A stretch of 60,619 bases of DNA, filler included, from Bonamia ostreae (Eukaryota), in NCBI GenBank assembly GCA_040357525.1. It is 8 parts of 8 records of this genome, joined end to end, with 100 filler letters (N's around TTAATTAATTAA, not from the genome) between each part and the next. Parts side by side here need not be neighbours in the genome. Positions count along the whole stretch, not along the records: positions 30,437 to 37,917 come from JBDODL010000081.1; positions 38,018 to 45,491 come from JBDODL010000082.1; positions 45,592 to 53,055 come from JBDODL010000083.1; 5 more parts are not named here. One strand, given 5' to 3'. Below the pieces are notes generated by a model. It was not told where the DNA came from, did not search any database, and saw nothing but the letters and a program-made list of their open reading frames with translations. The position numbers and the translations under genes were made by a program. Shown one piece after another: positions 35,535-47,383 of the stretch (the first letter of the stretch is position 1; the number at the start of each line of letters is the position of its first letter).

Positions 35535-36796
35535 TTAGCATTTCCATCGATTGTTGCAATTGATACACGTAACAAAAGTCGTCATCGGTTCGTCGGCAGC
35601 TTTGTTTTATTTTATATTTTTTAATTATAATCAAGATTTTATATTTTATCAAAATTTTATTTGTAAAATCGCAAATTGTGATTTTCTGAAAACAAAAAGC
35701 AAAGTTTTATATTTTATTTTCTGAAAACATCTCGTTTGTAATTGATAATAAGAGGCTTTCCGCTCTTTGCATTTTGCGCATTGAAACATTGAAGTAGTAG
35801 AAGCCGTAGATTGACTAATGATATCACTTCTCGAATCTTTAATTGCGATTTCTTTTTCTTTTTTCCTTTCCTCTTTTAATTTAGATGACGCCATTTCCTA
35901 TTTATTTAAAGTTTAACATTTTGTTGTTTTTACTAAAAGGATAAACTTTGCCGACATTTTTTTGTTAATAAATTACAGTCCCAAAATGAGACTGTATCGG
36001 CGAGGGGACGCTCATGTTCCTAAGGGAAGTCAAAGCCAGCCCATTATTAAATTTCCTAAATTGCGCTAAATTTAACGACAAAATTTAAGCCATTTTATAA
36101 TTTGACGACAAATAACAAAATTTTTTTGGCCAATTATTTAAACGAAAGTTTTATATTTAATTGCTAAATTTATGATTTTAAAATAAAATAAAGTACATAT
36201 TCAGAAATTTCGACAACTTTGTAAGCGCTGATTTTCTTCGTGGCGATATTTTTGTTGAATTCTGGGTTTTTCTTGTCTCTCATATTGGCGATTAAACTAC
36301 GATATTTAGATTTGTAGTTATTTCCCGTGTTTCCAAATTTTGCCAACATTGCTTTAAATTTAAATTTTGTTGCTGCGCACTTTGACGAAATAACAATTAC
36401 ATTATTCAACACTAATTTTTAGGAAATGAACATTTTGAATATTCCAATGACCACAAAATGTAATATCGAAAATAAATTTAAAATGTAAAAAATAAAATGT
36501 AGTTTTAAATACTAAAAATTTAAAACAAATTGCGAAAATTAAAATGGTTAAAAACCAGCTTCAATGTTACTGCCTATTTCTTCTAGATCCTTTTTGTCGA
36601 CATCCATTTCCAAACCGGCAATAAGAGCCTGAGATATTTTTTCTCGAACAACGGAACGAACTTTCTCGTTAATATTTTTAATGTTCTTTTTGTCATTAAT
36701 GTCATTTTTTGAGTCTTTTTGAACGACAGATTTATTTTGGGATTTTAAAATTTTACTAATTAATTTTTCTTTAACAATACCACTTTTATCAGCCAT
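35535..36796 (-). CDS. TFIIS: Transcription elongation factor TFIIS (no N-terminal domain I)
   Basis: YKSKYRSLIANMRDKKNPEF, EMAS, FQCAKCKERKASYYQLQTR|SADEPMTTFVTCINCNNRWKC; three long introns. Confidence 0.95.
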
Positions 36797-37079
36797 TAAA
36801 CTAAAAATAATTTTAAATATTTTTATATATTAAAAAATGGCTAAATTTTAACATTGTAAATTTAAGATTCTCAATACTTTTTAGATAAAATTAAAAAAAA
36901 ACTAACCCTAAATTTGTTTTAAATTAACTTTTTTATTTTCACAATGTCAGACGAGTTGAAGCTTTTGTATTGTCACAATGTGTTGGATTTTTCTGGTTTG
37001 TTCAACAATTTAAAATTATTCATTTTTAACCAATCGTTAAAGATTTTCCTTTGTCTGTTTTCTTTGCCCTCGCTCCATT

Positions 37080-37917
37080 TTAATAGATTAATTGAGCGTC
37101 GAAGTCACCCATATTCATTAAAAATTTTTGATATTTTTGAGTTAAAGATATGGAGTATGTACAAGTTACTAAAACAGACAATAACTGTTTTCTATTGCAA
37201 AACAGACAAAATTAATATAAAAACAAGGCTTCAAAAAAGCAAATTTACTTAAAAAATTTGTGCAAAAATTTTCGAATTTTGATTTTCCTTTTTCCGCCAA
37301 TAACAACAAATTTTTTAATGTCGCCATTATTGTAATAGACTAAAATGTATTTTTCTGAAGTTGGCAGACTCATGTTTTCGACTGTAAATCCATATTTATC
37401 TGCAATCGATTTTCTTATTTTTTTAAATCAATTAATAAAAAATCATTTTTAAACATTTTAAAATCAAAAATAGCCAAATTTAGAAATTTATCGAATTTAC
37501 AATTTTATTTAAAAACGTTTCGCTAACAACGCCTTTAAATTCTTTCTCCTCAAAATCGCAACATTCCAACATCGAAATATTGTTTATCTTTTCATTGAAT
37601 TGTTTGATGACTCTTTTCATTTCGTCTCTTATATCTCTTTTTTTAATGTTTTGCAGCATATCCGTTTGCAACATTGAAGCTGTTCGCAACAAATTCAAAC
37701 TTTTCAATTAAAATTTTTAATTTTCAAAAAAAAAAGATTTTGTAAAATAGTTGAAATTGCAAAATTAGTTTGTAAAAATTCAACTTTGAAGCGTCAAAGA
37801 CGTAAATAATCAATTTAGACGCGTCTAAACACAAAAACATATTCGATTTCGGAAACACTTGTAAAAGAAAAATTTTCTCTTTCAGTTTTTTCACGTGTGT
37901 GACGACTCTGTTCACCG
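37080..37917 (-). CDS. Hypothetical protein, 5' truncated
   Basis: Several coding-like exons joinable by GT-AG introns; family not recognised. Confidence 0.4.
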
Positions 37918-38143
37918 NNNNNNNNNNNNNNNNNNNNNNNNNNNNNNNNNNNNNNNNNNNNTTAATTAATTAANNNNNNNNNNNNNNNNNNNNNNNNNNN
38001 NNNNNNNNNNNNNNNNNCTTCGAAAACGAAGCGCTGTTGTACCGACAAAAGGTCAAACGGTGAGATCTGATAAATCTCATTGTCTAAAATAAGTTATATG
38101 TGGGAACGGTAACATATCCCCTTTAAAACAGTTTAGCTTTGTA

Positions 38144-38607
38144 ATGTCTGGAGCGGTAAAACAAAAGGTTTTGCCGGAGCTGTTTCAGAAAGCAAAGCCT
38201 TCTACAAAATTGCTGTACAGAATAGCGAATATTAAAGGTGTCGGGAAAACTACCGCCAGAAAAATTACCGCTTTAGTTGGTTATCACGATAACACTAAAT
38301 TTGCGGACGTCCCAATCGTAATTTTACTTCAATAACAAAGAGCCATTTGGAGTATATTCAGCGATACATTAAGTTGACCAGAAAGACATTCGAAGATTTG
38401 AAAGACTTTGAGAGAGAAAACGTGGAGAGATTGATCAGAATAGGATCGTATAGAGGTCTGCGGCACAAGTTGGGTTTGCCTTGTCACGGGCAACGAACTA
38501 AAAACAATGCAAAGAACGCTAGAAATAATCCTTATCGAAAAGGTATCTCAGATTTTACGTGGTCCAAATTTCGTCAGAGATCGGAGTCCGAAGATTCCAA
38601 TAAATAA
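38144..38607 (+). CDS. rps13: Nuclear-encoded mitochondrial ribosomal protein uS13m
   Basis: [35 protein letters not shown] (bacterial-type S13); 23-nt intron 38318-38340. Confidence 0.9.
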
Positions 38608-39034
38608 TAATTTGCTTTTTCTCTATTTTCGACCAAATTTATAAAATATGGATGGACTAATGCAAAATTATCCCTACTTTGTCACATTTATTTGCTAAAC
38701 TTATTCAACGCCAGATTTGGTCGTTTTGCAATTATTTTATTTTCAGACTACTCGTCTTCTACAATGGTATTGTAACAATTTATTGCAACAAATCGTCTTC
38801 TACCCAAATTCAACAACAATGGTACTCCGACGTTTGGTTTTCAAAAATTCAAATTATTTAAAATGATCCAAAATATTTAAAGATTTGATAGATTTAAATA
38901 GAATGATCGAAATGAAGAATAAATTATTTCAATTTTTACTCCATTGAAGCCTAGACAAAGATGAATTCGAACAATGTTGATACTTTTCGATACAATAAAT
39001 TATTACATACATTTAATCGTACAATGTTCTGTGT

Positions 39035-39829
39035 CTAATGGATCCGAATTGGCTTGTTTGGGTTGAACCCCTTTTCGTTTCTATGTTTCTTCGAATTCAA
39101 ATGGCGAAGCAAAGAAGACATTAACGCAAATCGCCTCTCACAATCTTTAAATGGACACTTCCTCAATTTCATTCCATGTTTTTTCAAATGTATCTTGAAA
39201 CTAGTGCACCACATAAAAGTCATGTAGCAAATTTCACATTTGTAGGGCATCTCACCAGTATGTTGTCGGACATGAAGCCGCTGAGAAGACTTGTTTGAAA
39301 AGTAACATTTACATATCGTGCACATCGCAGTTTTGGGATTCGCAGAACGACGAGATTTTCTAGGTTTTTGTGGAAGGTTTTTAGAAGCATTTTTTGTGTA
39401 ACGACGTTTTACTTTTTGATCATTTTTCATAATTTGGTCAAAGTCTTGTTTAATAATTCGCTCATTTAAAATTTTCTCGTTAAAAATTTGCTCTTCTTTC
39501 ATTTTGTCATGTTGCTTAGTTCCAGGCTCTGTTTTGACAATAGAGATTAATGGTTGAGTTATTGTTTTATCCTTAAAAAGTAATTTTTGCTTTTGTATTT
39601 TTTTAGAGTTTGTAAATTTTTTATGCGACTTTTGTTTTTTAAGACTTTTTATTGATTTTTTTCCAGTCTTTTTAGAATTCTTCTCTGAAACGTTTTTTGA
39701 TGTTTTTTTAGATTTGGTTTTTGCTTCTTTTTCTCGTTTGATGGTTTCGTAAAAAACAGCCATAAATTCATTGGTTGTTCTAACTTCATCAATGTCTTCA
39801 GAAGTTTTTAAATTGTTTTCGGAGTTCAT
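39035..39829 (-). CDS. C2H2 zinc-finger transcription factor (3 fingers)
   Basis: CTIC..HVRQHTGEMPYKCEIC..HLKKH..CPFKDC..HLNSKKH; Lys-rich N-terminus; intronless. Confidence 0.9.
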   Translation of the reverse strand: MNSENNLKTSEDIDEVRTTNEFMAVFYETIKREKEAKTKSKKTSKNVSEKNSKKTGKKSIKSLKKQKSHKKFTNSKKIQKQKLLFKDKTITQPLISIVKTEPGTKQHDKMKEEQIFNEKILNERIIKQDFDQIMKNDQKVKRRYTKNASKNLPQKPRKSRRSANPKTAMCTICKCYFSNKSSQRLHVRQHTGEMPYKCEICYMTFMWCTSFKIHLKKHGMKLRKCPFKDCERRFALMSSLLRHLNSKKHRNEKGFNPNKPIRIH

Positions 39830-40584
39830 CTTCCCTTTTAATCTATTTTCGAACAATATTTGAATTGTGAAGTTGAATAAAATTTTTTATGCAAATTCTG
39901 TTGTTACCACAATTACATCAAATTGTGCAGATTTGGCATTAATTTTAAGATGCAAAGATATTTGTATATATTTTTGAGCCATATTTATTTTTGTATTGTC
40001 AAAAAATATTTTTTAATTAAAAATATTTTTGTCAAATAAATGATGATCAACGTAAAATAATCGACATTTAAGTCATAATTTTTAATTTATCGTTATTCTA
40101 AACGGGTACAAATAACGATATTTGGCATTATCATTAAAATTCAAATTTGCTTTATTATAAATTAGATTTTTATCATTAAAGTTCAAATTTGTGTTTATAT
40201 TGTTCCGATTTTTCAATTAAAGAATGTTAAAAATTTTTATTTCGATTTTTTTCGTTTAAATTTAATTTTTGTTCTGATCGTTAAAATTTAATTTTTATTT
40301 CGATTTTTTTGTTAAAATTTAATTTTTAATCTGATTTTTTCGAATTTTAAAGGATGTCCAGTATCCAGATTATTATGATGTGTATATTTTTAATTATTAT
40401 GGCGAGAATATTTTTTGACTTTTTCTTATCTGGAAGAAACATGTCAATACTGTTAGGATTATCACATTCATTAAAGAATGTAAAAATTTCAGAATATGAT
40501 ATTGTTACTGATACGAATGCTATGTTGAAGTGTATTTGGCTTTTCCGAAACACAAAATTTTTTGAAAAATCTGCAAAGAATAAT

Positions 40585-42111
40585 TTACTGGATTTGATTA
40601 AACGCATTAGCAATCGTTCTAAATCCCGGCATAAAATCGCGTTCCGATTCCTCGAATTTTTTCGAGGTGTAAAACAAAATGTAATAGATAAACGGAATTG
40701 TCCACAAAGATTTTGACAATATTCCAATACAACTGACTGATGCCAATTGCAGCGAAAACAAAATCGTCGAAGAGTTTTTCAATATCTCTCTTTTCTTAAA
40801 TCTTGCTTCAATTTTTGGAAACATTCTAAAAATTCCATACGGCAACAATAATGTTATTAATGTCAATCCCAAGCTCTTTTTTGTCGTAACTAAAAATTTC
40901 TTTTTTGAAGACATTTTATTTACGAGTCCCCACAGCAATCCGTATTTTATAACTTTTTTAAAAATTTTAAGTGTCAAAAATTCGATAATTTTTATGGTCA
41001 AAGTTTATTTTAACCTTGAAAGGTCAACATCAAAGAATCTTCTTTGTTGTATTTTAACCAAATTTTTCTGGATTCAGATTTGCGTTGGTCTGAAAAGTAT
41101 CCAATGTCCCTTAAAATTTTTTTGGATACAGAAAAATTTTCACAACGCTTTAAAGCACGAAAAAGTCTGAACGTTAGAAAAGTGAGGTCAATATTTTTGT
41201 TTTTCCAATGAATAGATTTCTTTGATTTTATTTGACGGTAAAAAGCTTGTGCCATTAATTTGACCATTTCAGGCTTTTTCTTTGGTTTTTGTATTATTGA
41301 CAAAACGAACAAAAAATTGTTTTGAACTAAAACGAACAAAAAATTGCTTTGAACTAAAACGAGCAAAAAATTGTTTTGAACTAAAACGAACAAAAAATTG
41401 TTTTGAACTAAAACGAACNNNNNNNNNNNNNNNNNNNNNNNNNNNNNNNNNNNNNNNNNNNNNNNNNNNNNNNNNNNNNNNNNNNNNNNNNNNNNNNNNN
41501 NNNNNNNNNNNNNNNNNNACGAACAAAAAATTGTTTTGAACTAAAACGAACAAAAAATTGTTTTGAACTAAAACGAACAAAAAATTGTTTTGAACTAAAA
41601 TGAACAAAAAATTGTTTTGAACTAAAACGAACAAAAAATTGTTTTGAACTAAAATTGACAAAAAATTGTTTTGAACTAAAATTTTATAAACTTCGATTAA
41701 AGATTTGAAAGCCAGAGGATTTGTGTTTAACGCTTCCAAAATTGCTGAAATCTGAGATGCCCCCGGGAAAGTGTCGTTATCAATCGGGTATTCAAAAGCT
41801 CTTTCTAAACCAATACAAAAAATTGAAAGAATGTCTTGATCTTCAACAAACTTTTGCGGACTCGTTTTAGCAGGATTTTCTAAAAATTTGAAGATTTCGT
41901 TGAGAACGAGCATTTGATATTCGGAAGATAATTGTCTAAATCGCTCTTTGTCGAAGATAGTTCTGGTATAAGGGTCTAAAAGTCTGTTATAAGTTTTCTG
42001 TTCAAAGGTGGCTTCAACCATTTCTCTGGAATTGTGCAAAGTTATTGCTCCTAAAGGAACGGTCGCAAAAATAACTGCTGTTTTCAAAACTTGTTTTCGA
42101 AAAAAGGGCAT
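40585..42111 (-). CDS. Hypothetical membrane protein with possible mitochondrial targeting
   Basis: Three exons (42111-~41690, ~41290-41015, ~40950-40585); first intron contains a 27-bp minisatellite; C-terminal hydrophobic segments. Confidence 0.55.
41302..41680. repeat. 27-bp intronic tandem repeat spanning an assembly gap
   Basis: aaaacgaacaaaaaattgttttgaact repeated about 10 times in the visible sequence. Confidence 0.95.
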
Positions 42112-42199
42112 TTTTCGACACTAATAGAGTTTTAGTATATAATGATTATTTATTTTTGTTTTGTTTAAAGCTCTAAAACAATTTTTAGAATAAAAAATT

Positions 42200-45100
42200 A
42201 TGTTGACGCCCAAAAAGCTGAAAATGTCGCTTGAAACAAATTCAGAAAACAACAAAATGTCCCCAAAAATTACAAAGAACACCAAATCTGGAAATAAAAT
42301 TTTAACTGAAATCATCGAGAAAATATCAGTTTGTTTTGAAGAAATAAGAAACTTGAATAGAGAAAAAATATCAGATAAACCATTTTTATTCGAAAAAAGC
42401 AGTTTGATTGAAAAGATAAAAAACATTTCATTTTCTAATGCGGACAATACAACTTTGATAAACTTTTTTTCTGAACATGTCAACGAAATTAATGTTGGAA
42501 ATTTTGTTTTATCGATCACAAAATCATTTCTTAATTTTGGCCATTTTGACCAAAAAAATATTCAATCGTTACTTAAAATGTTTTTTATTATAACAAATAG
42601 GCTTTCTAAAATTAATCTGGCTGTTATTTTGCGTTCGGGACGACAAGATCTTTATACTATTTTATCAATTTTGCTAAAAAGTCACTTTGAACGTTTTGTT
42701 AATACAATAAAAATTTTGAATTAAAAACCAAAAAGACAAAATTTTGCAATAAAAATCAAAAGACAAAATTTTGAATTAAAAATCAAAAAGACAAAATTTT
42801 GATTTGAAAAAATTAAAAGTGAATTGGGACAAAAATGAATTAATAACAATTTACATGACAACAATGGAAGAAGAAACAGATCCTTCCTGTCTTCTAAAGT
42901 CTTTTGAATGCTTCAAACTAGTAATCAAAACTTGCAAAAACTCCATTTCCGAAAAAACAAAGAAAGATCTTTTCAGCTTAATCGATAGATATTTTCCAAT
43001 AAACTATCAATCTGAAAACGAAGATGAAAATTTGAAAACTAATTTGATTAAAGCTTTTCGGTTTAACTAAAAATTCAAAATTTTTTATATAAAAAGTGAA
43101 TGTTTGACTTGCGATCCGTTGTTTGTTTCGCTTTCTTTTGATTTCTTTTGCGAAAAGTTGTGCTCGCTTCAGAATTTAGAGGAGTGCAACGAATCCGCGC
43201 TAATTTTGACTATTTTTCTGCAAAAATATTCTTATTTTGTAACGAAAAAGTTTTTGAGAATCGCTTTTGATTCGTTTTTAGAAACAGTTTTTATCTTTTA
43301 GAAATTAAAAAATTTAGTTCAAAGACGATTTGTCAAATGAAGAACTTCAAATATTGTGTTTAAATGGAATCAAAATTGTAGCGAAAAAATTTTTTGGAAT
43401 TTCAATTTTCAAATGTTAAATTTTCTTAAAATTAGCCAAATCCGAATTTGATATCGAAAAAGAGATTTCAGATTTGTTTCAAGTCTTAAAGGTTTTTTTT
43501 TGTAACCAATTTTGATAATTTAGATGAACAAAGATTCTTCAAGCCCCGAAGTGACCATTTTAATACAGATCGCAGAATCTTGTAGTGAAGCCAACAACAT
43601 TATAATGAAACAAGGATGGGATGAACTAAAGAGGATTTTCTATACAAAAGAAGTGCATTTTCCACGTTTGGAGGGCTTTATGCAGGTTTTTTATGGGGCG
43701 ATCGATAGCAATTTTGCAAATTTGGCAAAGACAAAAATTTTGGCTGACAACGAAAAGGATATTTGTGAGCTTTTTCGATCAGGATTGATTGGTGCTGTTT
43801 TTTNNNNNNNNNNNNNNNNNNNNNNNNNNNNNNNNNNNNNNNNNNNNNNNNNNNNNNNNNNNNNNNNNNNNNNNNNNNNNNNNNNNNNNNNNNNNNNNNN
43901 NNNTTTGCAAAACATCAAAAATAAAATTAAAACAAAAGTCTCCAGATGTAAGAGCACTGTCGCTTGCTACATTATTTAAGCTTTCACAAATATTTTCCGA
44001 AACATTTCCGAAAAGCAATTTTTTCGAAAACCAAAACATTGTTACAATGGCAACATCGCTGATGCTTAAAGATGAAGCAGTCAGCGTCAAAAGACAAGCT
44101 GCAAAATCCTTATTAGAAATGACTGCTTATCATTTTTCAAAAAACGAGAACAACATCCGCAAAGGTTTTGCGACAATGACAATATATTTTTGTGATAAAA
44201 AGTAATTGTAACAACAATAATATTGAAGACATTTCTTATGTAAAACCAGAAATATGGCCATTTTTGGTAGAAAAAATAACAACACAACAAAATTGCGACG
44301 AAACAACAACAAAAGTTATCGAAGAGTTTTTACAAAATTCGTCAAATTTGCATTGGTCGATTTATGACACTATTTTTGACAGCTTTATTAAAACTTGTCT
44401 TGATTTTCGTTATAAAGAAAATCAAATGTTTGTCAGCAAAATTTTTGCTGTTTTTGCAGGAATAACGGTTTCCATTTAATCACATTTTTCAATTTAGAAA
44501 TCTTTTGAATTCACAATAAGCAACAAAAAGCTTGAAAAATTGCATTTTGTTTTGATGAAATTTGTTGATTTTTTCGAAAATGGAGATGTTTCCAAGCGTA
44601 AAAATTTTGATCTTTTTGACTATTTTTCGGTTGATTTTATTAAAAATTTTGGTTTGGTTTTGGGAATATCAATTGAAAAAGGCTCAAAAAAGTTTTTATT
44701 GAGTTACAAAAAAATTTATACAAAAAGAGAATATCTTAAAAACTTTAAAACAACGGAAAAAATGTTGGAACAAATTCGAAATGAAAAAATTGCAAAAAAT
44801 CAATTTTTTTGGATATCAATTTTTGCTCTTCCGACATTAAACTTCTTCAAAAATTATATTTGGGACAAAAACGTAATCTCGAATTTAGAAAAAACAATAA
44901 ACCAAAAATTCATTCTCAAAATTTGGAGAAAACGCCATTTTCTAAACGAACTTAAATCCACAACAAAAAGAAAAATGGCGTTTTCTTCTATTTTCGAAAT
45001 AGCGATTTTGTTCGCCGCGTCTACAAAATTTGATCAAATTAACTCTTTTTTTGAAATTGACTCTTTTGACAACTTTGACGATTTTTATCTATTTTTTGAT

Positions 45101-45491
45101 TTGTTAGAAATGATTTTGTTTGGATTAGTTTGGTCGTTGAAAAAAGACGCTTTTTGCTTTTTAGAAGCGTTCATAAATTTTGCGCAAACTTTTCACAAAG
45201 TCGCTGACAAAAGCGTTAATGGCAAAGCAAAGTTGATTTTTATAAATTTTTAACGACAAATAATCCAACAACAAATGAAGGCTAAAAGAGATAGGTTCGT
45301 TATCAAAGATAAGATTAAAAGCGGAAAATGGCGGTTTGGTAAATTGGGAATTGAAGGTTTGAAAATCTTTAAAAAAAAGAAATATCATTTTCAGTTTTAC
45401 GGAAAAGTCGTTTTGAAAAATATGGAGAAAATGGAATTTGTGGAGGAACAACTTTTGGTCGTTTCGGAATATATTAAGTCGGTTCCAGAAC
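42200..45491 (+). CDS. MMS19: Cytosolic Fe-S assembly factor MMS19/MET18, 3' truncated
   Basis: EETDPSCLLKSF..DLFSLIDRYFPINY..ECLTCDPLFVSLSFDFFCEKL matches the MMS19 N-terminal domain; multi-exon HEAT-like remainder. Confidence 0.75.
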
Positions 45492-45807
45492 NNNNNNNNN
45501 NNNNNNNNNNNNNNNNNNNNNNNNNNNNNNNNNNNTTAATTAATTAANNNNNNNNNNNNNNNNNNNNNNNNNNNNNNNNNNNNNNNNNNNNTGCAATAAC
45601 AAAATTTCTCCAATAATAAAAAATCGCCGACAATTTAGAAAATTAAAAAATTTTGCAAGAAAATTTGCCACCAAATTTGATCCATATTGAGCCATGCAAA
45701 TTTGACCATAATCTGCAAATTCAATATTCAAAAATAAGCAAATCTGTTATATGCGAAATGCATCATCTTTATATTCAAAACCATTAATTTGCTTCAGATT
45801 CTGATAA

Positions 45808-47025
45808 ATGACTTCTCGGACAATCCGCCGTCTTTCTACGGCAAAATCAGTTTCAGCAAAGTTTTTTCTGGATACTTGTACTTTGGCGGATGTCGTCAAA
45901 TCCAAAGAAAAGGATAATCGCATTCGAAAACTTGTATCTGTAGAAGGCTCCACCTCTGTTTTTGCCGCGATGCAAATCATGCTCCAAAAAGAAGTGAACA
46001 CCATTGTCCTCTATAGAACAAAAGGAGGTTTTGGATAATTTGCTCTTTTAATTTTGGATAAAATAGAAAAATAATTAAAAATTTTGGTCGAAATGAAAAA
46101 TAATTTTGACAATAAAATGGCCCAAAATTAAAAAAAATATTAAAAAATGGTCGTTTTTTCGATTACAAAATCGCAAATATTTAAGACAGCAAAAAGAAAA
46201 TTTACTTTGGGATGGTCAACACCGTCGATTTAGTTTATTGGTTTGCCTGGAAACAACTAAAAACTGATTCAGAGCAAATCCCAATTTCTGAATTAGCCGG
46301 CGTAACCGAAGAAACAAAAAATTTCTGGACATATCCCGTGGCACAACACCTCGATTCAGTTGTCCAACCTTTTATGCAAGGAATCCACGCTATAATCGCC
46401 CGAAGACTTCATTCCAAAATAAGAACGATTTTTGTTTCTCAATGGGACGTCGTCAAGTTTATCCATTCGACGATTACCATTGTTACAAGACAAAACGATT
46501 TCTTTGAAACCACTCTCAAAGTTGACCAATTTAAGCGATTTTTCGACTTAATTTTATATAAAGAATTCGGGAATTCTGGGACGAACTCAAAAGCCAATGA
46601 GCATTGAAAGCTCTTCGCCGGTAACAAAGGGGTTCGAAATGATGAGCAAAATGTCGTTCACCGGAATCGCTGTTGTCGACGAAGACGGAAAGCTCGTTTC
46701 AAGTCTCAAATCGAGCCATGCCAGACAGCTTTTCAACAAAGACTTGGAAAAAAAGTTTGCGGAAGAATCTGTGGCAGCGTTTCTAAAGCGCATCGGAGAG
46801 CCTTTCGGAGAGAAAACTCTCCAAAACGTAGTCGATGAAAATTTTACGATCGAAGAAATGTTCAAATTGGTGGTAGACCAACATGAGCATCGAGTTTGGA
46901 TCTTAGACGAAAGTTCACGGCCGAGACACATTATAACGTTGTCGGATATGATAAAAGAAACGGCTTTGCGTGATTTTTATAAAGACTTTGACGATTCTTC
47001 TTCTGGGACGAGCGAATCGTCTTGA
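45808..47025 (+). CDS. Four-CBS-domain protein (AMPK-gamma/Sds23-like)
   Basis: LVSVEGSTSVFAAMQIM, GIAVVDEDGKLV, HRVWILD..IITLSDMI. Introns 46028-46185 and 46521-46563. Confidence 0.82.
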
Positions 47026-47059
47026 TTGATCAGATAAATGTATCGACGTATTTTTATCA

Positions 47060-47345
47060 AAACAAAAAATGTCAAAATAATTTTAAAAAAACGAAAAATA
47101 TCGAATAAATTTAAAAAAAAAACGAAAAATATCGAATTTGCAAAACGAAAAATATCAAATAAATTTAAAAAAAAACGAAAAATATCGAATTTGCAAAGCA
47201 AAAAACGAAAAAATGTCAAATTTACAAAACGAAAAATAACAAATAAATTTAAACAACGAAAAATATCGAATTTGCAAAGCAAAAAACGAAAAAATGTCAA
47301 ATTTACAAAACGAAAAATATCAAATTTAAAAAAAACGAAAAACGC
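47060..47345. repeat. Degenerate A-rich tandem repeat
   Basis: Recurrent aaaacgaaaaatatc(g/a)aat unit between the CBS gene and CDC7. Confidence 0.85.
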
Positions 47346-47383
47346 CTAAAAATTCTGAAAAAAAAAACGAAAAATCACTAAAA

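Noticed and set aside
36010-36110. RNase P/MRP RNA (GGGAAGUC resembling CR-I, with a possible partner UUUGAC)
   Set aside because: Spacing is too short and the intervening sequence is unstructured and AT-rich; kept only as an unassigned structured element.
40354-40716. Plus-strand 120-aa ORF overlapping a minus-strand gene end
   Set aside because: No recognisable motif and partly antisense to a better-supported gene; not enough support to call.
41269-41690. Repetitive LVQNNFLFV / RFSSKQFFV peptides
   Set aside because: Translation of an intronic 27-bp minisatellite.
46977-47349. Lys-rich and Phe-rich ORFs on both strands
   Set aside because: Translations of an intergenic low-complexity repeat.
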